Shown here piece by piece: positions 52,529-63,170 of a stretch of DNA of 64,000 bases; position 1 is the stretch's first letter; every line of letters starts with the position of its first letter. Under the pieces are notes generated by a model that saw nothing but the letters and a program-made list of their open reading frames with translations, did not search any database and was not told where the DNA came from. This DNA is from Cyanidioschyzon merolae (taxonomy: Eukaryota). A program made the position numbers and the translations under genes. The stretch lies in assembly GCA_000091205.1 (NCBI GenBank), contig AP006502.2; one strand, 5' to 3'.

Positions 52529-55500
52529 ATGTGTCGCATGGTTGCGTACTTTGGGCCGGCAATTTTAGCAGCGGACGTTGTGACGAGGCCGTCGCGCTCG
52601 ATCATTCGCCAATCGTACGATGCACGGGAGCGTCTTTGTTCCGCAGGCGAGTATGTGCCTGCCTCGCTAAACGGAGACGGCTATGGTATTGGTTGGTATA
52701 GCGACGACGGCGTACCTTGCGTCTACAAGTCCATCAGACCCGCTTGGAACGACGCAAACCTGCACCACCTTGCGGAAAAAGGTATCCGTTCGCACTTGCT
52801 GTTCGCGCACGTTCGCGCTGCCACGGCGGGAACTTCCGTTACCGAGGAATCCTGCCATCCCTTCGCCTATGGACGCTATTTATTCCAGCACAATGGAACT
52901 ATTGCAGGCTGGCATGACGGTCGAGTGCGTCGTGCGCTTCTCAATCAGCTGAATGATGAACTGTACGGTTACGCTGTTCGAAACGGTGCAAGCGATAGCA
53001 TCGTGGCCTTCGCGCTCTTCCTGAACCAGATGGATCGCGGCACATCTGAGCGCTATAGCGCTGCAGAGCTGCAGGAAATGCTGCTTCACACCATTGCACT
53101 GATTGTAGAGACCACGACGACGTGCCTGTTGGGGACAAACTCTCCGTGTTCGGATAGAACGCCCGCAAATCGGAAAAGCATGCCACGTGATGACGTGTTT
53201 CTTTTGAATTTCCTGGTAACGGACGGTGAGACGCTACTGGCAACCAAGTATGTACGTGGACTCCGGGACCTGGATGCTCCGGCAGCTAGTCTGTATTTCG
53301 GAGCAGCGTCGTCGTACGGGCCAGTCACGCATCACGTTGGAACCGGTGCCGAAGACTATGCCTTCTCGTATCGAGCAGCAACCTGGGCGGGGGTCGTTGT
53401 TGTAGCCAGTGAGCCGCTGACGTCGAACCCGTGCGACTGGGTCCCGCTCCCTCGCAACTCGATACTGGTGGCTACCGCAGATCGACATTTGCTTGTGGAA
53501 AAGATGCCCGATCTACTGATGGGCCGCGAATCACCGCGAGCGGGTTCGCGTTTGTCGCCCAAGTTGCTGCCCCAGTCTAGTGCGCTTGTGCAAGCGTTGC
53601 ACGCTTTCGCAGGATCCACAGCGACGCGTTCCATTGCTGATCGCGGGGATCCGTTGCCGCCTATGAGGAGCGCAACTGCTGCGGCTCACGTCAGCTGGAG
53701 CCGACAACAGCAACACCAGGAGCAAGAGCGGCGCAAGAAACCTCTCTTACGGAGCAGTCAACAGGAACTAAGTAGCGCTGGAAGTGGCGCAATATCCACC
53801 GATTTGATTGAAATCGATGAATCAGATCGCTTGTTCACGATCCGTAGCAGCCGAGTGCTTTGCATGACGACAGTGCCTGTGCAGGAGGATGCACTGCCAC
53901 AAATAGCGCAGGAGCTGGAAACGATGCCATTATCTGCAGCGACGGCAACGAGTAATCGGTCTGGATGCACCGGGTCGCAACGTCAAGCCCTGCTCGTATG
54001 CGGTACTGGTGATGGTCATATGTATGCACTGCACCAGATATCGGGTCTGCTGGCGTCGGATAGTTTCGTCTCTGCGGATGGACGTGATATTCTGGGGATC
54101 GCTCGCTGGCAATGCAACAACCTCGCTGCGTACTTTGAGCAGAAGGGCATGCAACCGTCGGCAACGTTCACGGTCTGTGCGGCAGCAGATAACACCGTTC
54201 GCATGCATCGTTGGACTGTGGACGGTATAGAGGAGATTGCGAACTTTTTCTGCGGTACTGCAACGGGACACCCACTCTGTCTGGTCACCGATCAAAGTGC
54301 CGTGTATCTTGGGTTTCAAGACTGTTCGGTTCGTCGCCTCGATATGCAGGGACTCCTCGGCACGGTGAAAGTGGAACCAGAGGCTCGTCCGGAGGGAGCG
54401 GCTCACGTGCCTGTACTATCCGAACAGGCGCTTTTTCGCCGTCTGGGTCAGCGCGGAGAGCATAGCGACTTGGCACGCGCAAGTCAGCACTGTGGACCTG
54501 TTTACTGTTTGGCGCTTCACTCGAAAACTCGCCGACTCTTTTCTGGTTCCGGTGATGGAACCATTGCGGTCTGGAATACTGAAAGTGAAGAGCACGAAGC
54601 AACCCTGCGTGGCCATTGCGGCGCGGTACTTGCACTGAAACTCGACGAAAATGTGGATATCCTCTTCTCTGGGGCCAGGGATCGACGGATTCGTGTTTGG
54701 GATGTCGCTCGGAGTGCGAATTATGTCTGCCGACGAATTCTTCTCAGTTGGGACTATCACTGCGATGATATCTGTGCCCTAGAACTGTCCGAGTCATTCC
54801 TGTTTTCTGCATCCACCGACGGCGTCGTGGTGCTGTGGAGTCGCCCGGACCTCGCGGCGTTGGCACTGTTGCGTCTGCCGTCCGGAACGCTGTTGACGTC
54901 GCTGTGCGTCACACCGGACGCCTCAGCGATGCGTCCTGCAGCTACTTCGGATGCTATGAGCACGTCCGGTATGCTGTTTGCGGCGACCAGCGACGGCAGT
55001 GTCTACGGTTGGCATCTAGGCGCTTCGGGGTCATTGTACGGACGCATTTACGGGACGGATGCCGCTGACCTGGAAGGTACATCGCGGGTGCCTACGAAAA
55101 CGCTGCCCACAACAGCGGCATCATCTTGCGCTGGCTCTCTCGAAGCCGCAACACCGAATTCCATGCTGTTTTCGCTCAGCTCGCCACGTATTCGACTTGG
55201 AGATCCCGAATGGTCGAGTGTTGCGGCATTTGAGAGAGCCCTACGGACAGCGATTCGTTTTCGATCCATCGCTGTGGATACGAAGCAGTCCAACTTCCGT
55301 GAAGAGTCTTTTCATTGTGCGCGCTGGTTCTCGCGTCTTCTGGAGAACCTCGGAGCCGACCTGCGCATCGCACAACCAGTGGATGGAAAGAATCCCGTCA
55401 TACTCGCTCGTTTTGTCGATATCATTGGATGCAAGGGGCACGCGTGTCGCCCCGGGCCTCCCGCTTTCCCGTCGTCGCTGGCTCGAGCGCGTGTCCAGCA

Positions 55501-57103
55501 TCGCCATACCGTAGACGCAGCGCATGACGGTGAGCGTGAACATCAGGCACAGCAAGTGCGACGGCAGCATTTCCGTCAAACCGTTGTATTCTACGGGCAC
55601 TACGATGTCGTTCCCGCCCACCGGGAAGACGGCTGGTCTCACGATCCCTTTGATCTGCAGGTTTCGAATGGCTACTTTTATGGCAGGGGATGCACAGACA
55701 ACAAGGGCCCGATCCTTGCGATGATCTTCGCGATTGTTGATTTGCTCCAGGAGCAGCAACAGTGGCGGCATCAGCAGCGAAACATTCCAGCTGATCACGA
55801 GTTGGCGCCTCGCACAGCAGCAAACACGCTGACGAGTTCGACGAGGACTGTTCCGCCGCCTGCGGAGAGCGTGCATGCGGCAGTCTCGGCAGGTGCCTGC
55901 GACAACATCCATGGAGCATGTGACGATTTCGAACGCTCAACGAACGTGGTCCTCTTACTCGACGGTGAAGGCGAGGCCTCTAGTGCCGGCTTCCGTGAGA
56001 CCATCGCTCTGTTTAGAGACTGGATCGTGGGCAAGGATCTCGATCAGCGGCAAGCGGGCCAGCAGCTCGTTCCGAATGGCGACCCGCGTCCCGCACCGAA
56101 CGAGCCTGTTCCCCAGGTGGTTTGCGTCCTGCACGCGAACAGTCTCTGGGTTGATGATGTGCGTCCCTGTATCACGTACGGAATGCGGGGCCAGATCCTG
56201 CTCTCTGTGGAAATAACCGGTCCTTCGGGGAACTTGCATTCCGGCTTCGATGGTGGTGCTGTTCTGGAGCCAGCCGCTGACCTGTTGGCGATTCTGGCTA
56301 CACTGAGCGATGCCGGAGGCACCGCGCGTGTACCCGGCTTCTACGATGATGTGCGAGAGCTCACGCCCAGCGAGCGCTCCTGGTTGTCCGCAGTCCATTT
56401 CGATCGGCAAGCTTACCTCCAGCACTTGGGTGTTTCCCGTCTCGCAGCGGATAACGACTTGGATTTGCTGCAGAAACGCTGGTGTCAGCCGTGTCTCTCG
56501 ATCACAGAGCTGTCAACGAGCGCGAACGCAGTTGCAAATGGAGCTGCTTCGGCTGCGAGAAGCAGCACTGGTCGACTGGGTGCGATCTCTGCGCTCATAC
56601 CGCAGCGCGCGCAGGCAACGGTGGCGATTCGGACGGTCCCGAATCAGAGCCCGGAAAAGCTCCGAGCTGCAGTGGAGCAGCATCTGCACTTCGAGTTTGC
56701 GAAAAGACGCTCTCCGAACCAGCTGCGGATCACATGCACCAAACAGGGTGACTGGTGGCTCGGCGATATTCACGGGGAACGGTACCCGTCGTCGTCGTCG
56801 TCGTCGTCGAGGCAAGTCGAACAGCGTACCGGCTGTGAACAGCGCGCGCGACAGCGAGTCTTCGCCGTCTCTGAACGTGCCATCGAGCGCGTCTGGGGCG
56901 TGCAGCCGCTCTATGTTCGAGAGGGCGGCAGCATGCCGCTAACAGCGTGGCTAGAGCAGACACTAGAGGCGCCTGCGATCCACTTGCCTCTGGGGCAGTC
57001 CAGTGATGCACCGCACCTGCCGAACGAGCGCATCCGGGTGTTGAACTTGTTCCACGGTCGCATGATTCTCGGTGATATTGTTCGTTCGCTGGCGGTGCAA
57101 TGA
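52529..57103 (+). CDS. Tripartite fusion protein: class-II (Ntn) glutamine amidotransferase (Dug3-like), WD40 repeats, and an M20 metallopeptidase (Dug2-like). It corresponds to the glutathione-degrading DUG pathway.
   Basis: N-terminal MCRMVAYFGPA with the Cys2 nucleophile, plus YGIGWYSDD...HVRAATAG...HPFAYGRYLFQHNG. WD40 blocks HCGPVYCLALHS...SGSGDGTIAVWN and ...GARDRRIRVWDV. M20 motifs VVFYGHYDVVPA and GRGCTDNKGPILAMIFAI, with the metal ligands DGEGEA. Confidence 0.75.
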   Translation: MCRMVAYFGPAILAADVVTRPSRSIIRQSYDARERLCSAGEYVPASLNGDGYGIGWYSDDGVPCVYKSIRPAWNDANLHHLAEKGIRSHLLFAHVRAATAGTSVTEESCHPFAYGRYLFQHNGTIAGWHDGRVRRALLNQLNDELYGYAVRNGASDSIVAFALFLNQMDRGTSERYSAAELQEMLLHTIALIVETTTTCLLGTNSPCSDRTPANRKSMPRDDVFLLNFLVTDGETLLATKYVRGLRDLDAPAASLYFGAASSYGPVTHHVGTGAEDYAFSYRAATWAGVVVVASEPLTSNPCDWVPLPRNSILVATADRHLLVEKMPDLLMGRESPRAGSRLSPKLLPQSSALVQALHAFAGSTATRSIADRGDPLPPMRSATAAAHVSWSRQQQHQEQERRKKPLLRSSQQELSSAGSGAISTDLIEIDESDRLFTIRSSRVLCMTTVPVQEDALPQIAQELETMPLSAATATSNRSGCTGSQRQALLVCGTGDGHMYALHQISGLLASDSFVSADGRDILGIARWQCNNLAAYFEQKGMQPSATFTVCAAADNTVRMHRWTVDGIEEIANFFCGTATGHPLCLVTDQSAVYLGFQDCSVRRLDMQGLLGTVKVEPEARPEGAAHVPVLSEQALFRRLGQRGEHSDLARASQHCGPVYCLALHSKTRRLFSGSGDGTIAVWNTESEEHEATLRGHCGAVLALKLDENVDILFSGARDRRIRVWDVARSANYVCRRILLSWDYHCDDICALELSESFLFSASTDGVVVLWSRPDLAALALLRLPSGTLLTSLCVTPDASAMRPAATSDAMSTSGMLFAATSDGSVYGWHLGASGSLYGRIYGTDAADLEGTSRVPTKTLPTTAASSCAGSLEAATPNSMLFSLSSPRIRLGDPEWSSVAAFERALRTAIRFRSIAVDTKQSNFREESFHCARWFSRLLENLGADLRIAQPVDGKNPVILARFVDIIGCKGHACRPGPPAFPSSLARARVQHRHTVDAAHDGEREHQAQQVRRQHFRQTVVFYGHYDVVPAHREDGWSHDPFDLQVSNGYFYGRGCTDNKGPILAMIFAIVDLLQEQQQWRHQQRNIPADHELAPRTAANTLTSSTRTVPPPAESVHAAVSAGACDNIHGACDDFERSTNVVLLLDGEGEASSAGFRETIALFRDWIVGKDLDQRQAGQQLVPNGDPRPAPNEPVPQVVCVLHANSLWVDDVRPCITYGMRGQILLSVEITGPSGNLHSGFDGGAVLEPAADLLAILATLSDAGGTARVPGFYDDVRELTPSERSWLSAVHFDRQAYLQHLGVSRLAADNDLDLLQKRWCQPCLSITELSTSANAVANGAASAARSSTGRLGAISALIPQRAQATVAIRTVPNQSPEKLRAAVEQHLHFEFAKRRSPNQLRITCTKQGDWWLGDIHGERYPSSSSSSSRQVEQRTGCEQRARQRVFAVSERAIERVWGVQPLYVREGGSMPLTAWLEQTLEAPAIHLPLGQSSDAPHLPNERIRVLNLFHGRMILGDIVRSLAVQ

Positions 57104-57362
57104 TTTGCAGCAGTTGTCGCAGCGAGCCGAAAATCGTTTGCGTTCCCTTGTCCGCGGAAGCCGCAACCACGAGTTGGCGTCACCAGCGTCGCTCTGAACG
57201 AGTCCTGCTTGCGCGTGCGTGCACTGGCCAGGGTAGAGCCCTTCGTGGACGTCACCTGCAATGGCACGAAGACGCTCTGGTCCGTGCGTCACAGAGTCGT
57301 GCATACCGCGGCTGGTGCACCGCGCCAACACAGGTGTCCTCGTTTGGGTTCTCTCATGGATA

Positions 57363-57635
57363 AAACGTTTTCTTAGACCAGCGTTTTCCGATTGTGTGCT
57401 TTTTCTTTTCCTACTTTTTTCGTGTTTTTTCAGTGTGCTTTGAAATATCCATCAAACCCGCTACCTCCGAGTTACATTACCTATACTTCTTCTCGGATAT
57501 TTTCGTCGTTTCATGTGTTCTATCGCACACCTTATGCCTGCCCTAATCATCCGCAATAGCGTCTTTACCTTTGGTCCAGTTGCATCACGGAGACAGAACG
57601 GCGTTGCCGTACCACAGAGGGCGTCGGCTCGAGCT
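57363..57635 (+). repeat. RF2 repeat, copy 3, between the DUG-fusion gene stop codon and the ORC4-like start.
   Basis: AAAACGTTTTCTTAGACCAGCGTTTTCCGATTGTGTGCTTTTTCTTTTCCTACTTTTTTCGTGTTTTTTCAGTGTGCTTTGAAATATCCATCAAACCCGCTACCTCCGAGTTACATTACCTATACTTCTTCTCGGATATTTTCGTCGTTTCATGTGTTCTATCGCACAC...CACGGAGACAGAACGGCGTTGCCGTACCACAGAGGGCGTCGGCTCGAG. Confidence 0.7.
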
Positions 57636-57781
57636 CGGTTGGGTGCAGGTATGCCGCCTGTTGCTGCACTCGGAGGCGTTTCCGCGCGGGATGCAGCACA
57701 GCGCGCCGTATGCCTGTTGCCAGCACGACGGTTATGTCTCATATAATATAACAAAAGACGTAAAAGTATATAATTGTTCTG

Positions 57782-59518
57782 GTGCATGCGACGATGCCGG
57801 CGCTGCACCCTCGCGTCCAGTGGCGGGAACGGAGTTCCTGGCGTGATGCCCCGCCTTGCGCCTATGGCGACGCGCTTACCTGGGAGACTATGCACGGGCC
57901 GCGGCGTCCAGCTTCTGCAACCGCGAAAGCATCTGCCTGTGACGAGCGAAGCGCGGATGTCGGAGCCCACGACGAGAGCGCTGCGCGTCGAGCTCGTACC
58001 CTAATCACCGAGCATCTTACAGGCCCCGTTCTGGGGGAAGGACTCTCGTTTACGCCAGGTTTGGAGGCTGTGTGTGAAAAGTTGGTGGAGTTCCTGGTAG
58101 CAGCGCTGGCTCCGGACTCCGAACAGCGGCGGCGAGCAGTCAAATCGCTTCTCATCGCTGGTCCTCAAGGCAGTGGCAAGTCGAGTGTCGTTGAGACTGC
58201 GCTTGCACGATATCGAAAACGAACGCCGCGTGCCCGCCCTGCTATTTTCTATCTTGACGGAGAGATTTTCGCAGACGGCGATCTCAGCGCGTATCGGAGC
58301 TTTGTGGCGCAGCTACGACGCGAGTTACGATTGTATGACGGGCGTTTTCCATCGCGTTTTGCGGGCTGGGAGTCTCCGTTACCGGAGACGAGCTCGATGC
58401 CCGACGAGGAAGTGCCCGCGAATGACGTTCCGCATCAAGCGAGCGCTTGTATCGAAGCGATTGTGGAACACGTTCAAACGTTGCTGCGATGGACGCTCGA
58501 GAGCGCTGAGCGAAGCATGTCTGATGCCGGTGTACATCGGATTGCGGGTATCGTGCTGGTACTGGATAACATCGACTACTTTGCGCGGCGGATGCAGCAT
58601 GTCAGGCAGCACTTGCTGTATAGCTTGTTCAACATGCTGGGGTTCGATGATGCTTCGCCCTTCGTAATTATAGGACTCACTCGTCGGTATGACGCGATGG
58701 ATCTATTTGAAAAGCGCGTCCGCTCCAGATTTTCACAGACGGTACTTCACGTACCCTTACCGGAAAGCAGTGATGCAGTACGGACGCATCTAGCGTCGAA
58801 GCTTGAGGCGTTTTCGAAACCCGAGGTGGTATCGATTTGCCCGAGACTGGCAGCGAGCGCACGTGCTCTGCAGCAAGTGCTCCTCGAGGACCAGCGCCTA
58901 GCGCGCAGCATTGCGGATCTCTTTCGTCACTGTCGAGTTATGCGATTATACCAGGGGGCCTTGAGCCACGCACTCGTTGCGCTGACGTACGCTGCGATGA
59001 TGAATACGTGCGAGGCGACCGCTTGCCTCGAGCAACATCTGGTGTCGCATGTGGCCCACCGAGACATACGACAGAGATTGCTCGGCCTCACTTCTGCTGA
59101 ACTGGCATTGCTGGTCGCGCACAGCAGAGCAGCTCAACTTAATGAGAACCGGTTTGCTTCATTTCAGCAGGCCTTTGCAGAATATCAGCGGTTCGTCGGC
59201 AAAAGCGCCATGCTCACCACGCATCATTCGCAGCGTGCGACTGGCCTTGTTGCATGCAAAACGTTGTCTCAGGTAGAGGTGGACGGTCAGCGTATCGGAG
59301 GTATCTTTCAGTCCGAGGCTGTAGCGCTGCGCATTTTCGAGCAGCTGCTCGACCTCGAACTTCTTGTTGTTCCTGACGGGGCGCGCTATGCATGTCCAAG
59401 CAAACTGCAAATGCCGCTCGTGCCTACGTTTCCCGAAGTCGTCCTAGTAGACGTCGTCCAGGAACATCCCCACGCGAGCACCAGTCTCAGAATCTGGTGC
59501 AAATCATGGCTCGAATAG
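57782..59518 (+). CDS. ORC4: Origin recognition complex subunit 4-like AAA+ ATPase.
   Basis: Walker A LIAGPQGSGKSSVVETAL, followed by an ORC4-like LDGEIFADGDLSAYRSFVAQLRREL, a Walker B/sensor block VLVLDNIDY, and a C-terminal winged-helix-length tail. Confidence 0.6.
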   Translation: MHATMPALHPRVQWRERSSWRDAPPCAYGDALTWETMHGPRRPASATAKASACDERSADVGAHDESAARRARTLITEHLTGPVLGEGLSFTPGLEAVCEKLVEFLVAALAPDSEQRRRAVKSLLIAGPQGSGKSSVVETALARYRKRTPRARPAIFYLDGEIFADGDLSAYRSFVAQLRRELRLYDGRFPSRFAGWESPLPETSSMPDEEVPANDVPHQASACIEAIVEHVQTLLRWTLESAERSMSDAGVHRIAGIVLVLDNIDYFARRMQHVRQHLLYSLFNMLGFDDASPFVIIGLTRRYDAMDLFEKRVRSRFSQTVLHVPLPESSDAVRTHLASKLEAFSKPEVVSICPRLAASARALQQVLLEDQRLARSIADLFRHCRVMRLYQGALSHALVALTYAAMMNTCEATACLEQHLVSHVAHRDIRQRLLGLTSAELALLVAHSRAAQLNENRFASFQQAFAEYQRFVGKSAMLTTHHSQRATGLVACKTLSQVEVDGQRIGGIFQSEAVALRIFEQLLDLELLVVPDGARYACPSKLQMPLVPTFPEVVLVDVVQEHPHASTSLRIWCKSWLE

Positions 59519-59659
59519 CGCAGGCATCGACCTCAGAATCCTCATCGCAGCACCAGTGCAGCATCAACGCTCGCGAGCGACGACTTGCGCGCATGCTGCG
59601 GCGCGTGCACTCGTGCGATAATCGTGTGAGGTCAACACGAAGCACTTAACAGCGCGCCC

Positions 59660-60140
59660 CGTTGCTGCTTAGAGACTCGTTTCCGAACCCTTTTGTAGAT
59701 GTACAGCGTCCGCATTCAGCGTGATGCAACAAAGGTGTATGGATTCATGTGCAGTTTTAGGGTTCTGGATCTCGTTTTCTGGGTGACGCCTTCGACGCCC
59801 TGCCGCTGGAATTCGTTACGCCACCGGAATCGAGAAATCTGGGACGCTCTTGAACAACGGTTCTTACATTAAGTGATATTTTTTTATCCAATGCATACAT
59901 GGATGCAACCACTCGTCTTCTATGCTTACGCGTAGTGCGCTAACATTACGCATGTTCCAAGTTTACGGTCTCTTTGTTTCAAGGCAACTCGTGGACGCAG
60001 TAATACGAACCGCTGGATTGGCGATAACGCAAAGCCGACATCAACCCGTGACGAATGATTCACGAACTGGTGCCGAAAGTTTGCCGCGCTGCTCACGTCA
60101 AATAATCGGTTCCTTTCGAAAGTCAATTCGCCTCGCTTTG
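59660..60140 (+). repeat. Solo RF1 3' module, starting ~140 bp after the ORC4-like stop codon.
   Basis: GACGCCTTCGACGCCCTGCCGCTGGAATTCGTTACGCCACCGGAATCGAG...GAACAACGGTTCTTAC...ATGCATACATGG...TTTACGGTCTCTTTGTTTCAAGGCAACTCGTGGACGCAG...GTCAAATAATCGGTTCCTTTCGAAAGTCAATTCG. Confidence 0.6.
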
Positions 60141-61394
60141 TAACCGCTGATGAGCTTGCATGCGATACCGGCATGATCGCTGTCGGGTGATGTGCTCCTA
60201 GCGTCTACCGTCTCTGTTGCTTGTATGAAAAGAAGGGTCATGGACACGGTCTTGGTACGCCGCAGCGATCGTTCCCAGTGCAGCGTTTGTCACCGCTTTT
60301 GCGCGAAGGAAGCGACAGCGGATCGACATTTCTCGGCTTGTTCTATGGCCTGGATTTTGCTTTCACCGATTGTTTCATTATGGACAACGTCGCGTGCCGC
60401 AAATCTTTGACCGAATGGAAAAGCGTTCGCTTGCGCGTGCACCGGAGAGCGTGCTTGCTGAAGCCACTGTTCAGAAAGAGCCTGTGATCATAGTGTACGG
60501 TGCCGGACTCGAAAACGGACGGGGACATCAACACTAGCCTTCTGTGCCCGTCAAAGGCATGTAGAGTCCGATGGTGCAAGCGTCCACGAGCCACAGACCG
60601 ACGTTTAGAATTGGCGTTGTGGTGGACGTAGACGAGCGTTTGATCATTGTCAAGTGCCGCTGCTGCGAATCGCGTACTGAGGCAGTACGTGTATGAAATG
60701 AAAAAGGCAAACGGAGCGTAAATCGGATTTCCCGCCTGTGCATCGAATGCGCCAACAACTACCGGAAGTAGCGAAATCGAGCCTTGAACCCTGCCACCAA
60801 CACCCTTCTACTAATGACCACAGAGGCCGGGGGAACAGACGCTACCAGTGCATTGAAAGCGCGAGATAAACAAGAGGAACAAGAATCAATCGCAGAGCAA
60901 GCCCGAAAAGACTCGTGTTGATGATCGTGTGAAGAGCCACAAACTTTAGTGCTTATATCCGAATCAGCTCGGAGTGCTTGTTCTATTCTGGTATCACATG
61001 GGTGCACGGCCGCCGTGGCGAACGCACGCAGCCGGCACTCGACACCCAGAGCGTCTCACGAGCGAACCAGGACTGCCCCCGCCGAACAAAAAAACGGAAG
61101 TATGACTGGTGCTGGCTGGTGGAACCTGCAGCCCAGGCGCCGCATAATGGACGCTCTCCCGAACACTGATAAGCGCCCCGAGATCGGGCATCCCCTGGCT
61201 CGTGGTGTCGGGCTGGCACCTCCATAAAAAAATGGCGCTCATGCACCCAACGCGGTACCGCTGATGCATATGACTCGATCCGCGGAATCGTCTTCATCGA
61301 ACGCATCGCGACCGTATCCTTCAGAAATCGCTGCACGATCATCAACACAGAGCAGCAGACGCGAGCATCAGCAGCGTACGCAATGCACCGGACC

Positions 61395-62501
61395 TCAAGG
61401 TCGACGCCGTTCCGCCCGCTCGCGCTTCTTCGGAGAGCGTTCGCTTTTCTGTTCACGCTTCTGTCCGTTTGACGAGGTGCCAAGCGCTGACAGCCCTGCA
61501 ACGAGCGCCGTTGCTCCAGTGACACGGCCGCCGCGATCAGGCATCTCGCCGATGCGCAGGTGCTTTATGGGGGCTGCCCTAACACCCGGTGCCGATCGTG
61601 GCAAGATGGACCGGTTCTGCTCAGTGTCTGTGCGTATCGCACGCACGTCATAGATATGGAAGTATGGTTGTACGGTCTCGCGAAATCGCTGTGTGATGAG
61701 TTGACACCAAAGGGTCAACGCACTCGATCGCTTCGCGGCGAGAAACACCTCTAGAGTGAGCTCGAATCGTTCTAAAAGCAATGCTCGACGTGCGGTATAC
61801 TCTGTGAATAGGTCATCGAACAGCGTCTGCAGCCGTTCGGCGTCCAACGCCTCTACGGATGCCAGGTGCGCGTGGGATGCGAGCATTCGCTGGGCGGAGA
61901 GAATCGACGGGTGCTGATGACGAAGGAGCCGCAGCCGTCGCACCGCTTCTAGAAAGAGCATTTTTCGAAGGGATGCGCCCTCAAGCTCGTCCTCAGGCAC
62001 AGCAAGCCCCATTTCCCGCAGTGCCGTTGCGTCGGGCACTGCGCTCGGCGCGGGCAGTCCCAGCGCATGGAACAGGCGCCTCTGTGACTGAACCACCTCC
62101 AAGTCTCCAGTGTTGTGCAGCTCTAGTCGCGACGCTTCGGTACTATCGGTCAAAGCATCGTCCAAGGATCGCATCCGGACTCGTTTTCGCTGCAGAAGGT
62201 ATATAGTTTTAACGAGGGTAAGCAGGATGTCGGTTAGCGCTTTCGCAGACGTGTTTGTCAAGTCCCGATTGAGCAGTGCCCCCAGCAGGGTGCGTGTTCT
62301 GTGCAGCGTTACCGTCCACTCGGTTGCTGGCAGCAACCAAGGCCATTCCGAGGCATTCGCAAAAGCAGTTCCGCTGAAGATAACCGGAAAGAACGCCGAA
62401 GTCGAGAGCGCCCACAGCAGAGACTCCAAACCGTATCTCTCTTGTTGTGCTTCCATTCGCGTGGCGTGCTCCGCAAATTCTACCCGCTCCCTGTTGAACA
62501 A
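61395..62501 (-). CDS. Hypothetical protein with a basic C-terminal tail.
   Basis: 368-aa ORF. No recognisable domain. The Lys/Arg-rich C-terminus is KREQKSERSPKKRERAERRRP. Confidence 0.3.
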   Translation of the reverse strand: MFNRERVEFAEHATRMEAQQERYGLESLLWALSTSAFFPVIFSGTAFANASEWPWLLPATEWTVTLHRTRTLLGALLNRDLTNTSAKALTDILLTLVKTIYLLQRKRVRMRSLDDALTDSTEASRLELHNTGDLEVVQSQRRLFHALGLPAPSAVPDATALREMGLAVPEDELEGASLRKMLFLEAVRRLRLLRHQHPSILSAQRMLASHAHLASVEALDAERLQTLFDDLFTEYTARRALLLERFELTLEVFLAAKRSSALTLWCQLITQRFRETVQPYFHIYDVRAIRTDTEQNRSILPRSAPGVRAAPIKHLRIGEMPDRGGRVTGATALVAGLSALGTSSNGQKREQKSERSPKKRERAERRRP

Positions 62502-62699
62502 GTTGCTGGTTCGAAACTATATTCGCGATCGGCCTATGTTTGACAGTAAAGCTGTGCTCGATACGTCGGCACGTTATCGCAAGCACGCAGCAACCGCGAA
62601 AACGTGTCTCGCCCTGCGTCGAGCACTCGTCGGACCCGTGTCGCGTTCGAGCGCTGCAATGCGAGTCCGGTTGCTGCCGAGCGATTTTCTTCTCTAACT

Positions 62700-63170
62700 T
62701 CTTGAAAGGGGTAAAGCCCCAGCATTCCGGGTACAGCACAGAGGGGTTTCCGGACTCATATGTCGTTGTAGGATTCGCGGTTATTCATACAGAGTGGTGC
62801 CTTAGACGCGTTGACACTGGATTCCGGTACGTCACCGAGAGCAAGAGGTTTCACGACGCTCTTGGGCACGGGTTCGTAGGATAATCGGTACCATGGCACA
62901 GTTCATTCGCAGAAAGCACCGCTCTTCTCCTTTCCTACCGTCTATCACGCTCAAATCACGCATGGCCCAAGTTTTCGATCTTTATGTTTCGTGGCAACTC
63001 GTGGGCGCAACAATGCACGCCGCTGCATGGACGACGAAAAAACTCCACATCGTCCGTTGACGACGTTATCACAAGCGTATGTCGAGAGCTTACAGAACTT
63101 GTCGCGTCAAATAATGGATTCATTCGAAAGACGAATCCTCTACTTTCATGGTTATCTCCGATACGACATT
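62700..63170 (+). repeat. Solo RF1 3' module, in the 5'-flank of the 61395-62501(-) gene.
   Basis: GACGCGTTGACACTGGATTCCGGTACGTCACCGAGAGCAAGAGG...CGGGTTCGTAGGATAATCGG...TTTTCGATCTTTATGTTTCGTGGCAACTCGTGGGCGCAAC...GTCAAATAATGGATTCATTCGAAAGACGAATCC. Confidence 0.6.

Noticed and set aside
7879-63008. Recurring 14-mer CAACTCGTGGGCGC (six occurrences) considered as a possible CRISPR-like repeat.
   Set aside because: The occurrences are 4-20 kb apart, are embedded in a larger ~500 nt conserved module, have no regular spacer periodicity, and the genome is eukaryotic. It is a dispersed repeat family, not a CRISPR array.
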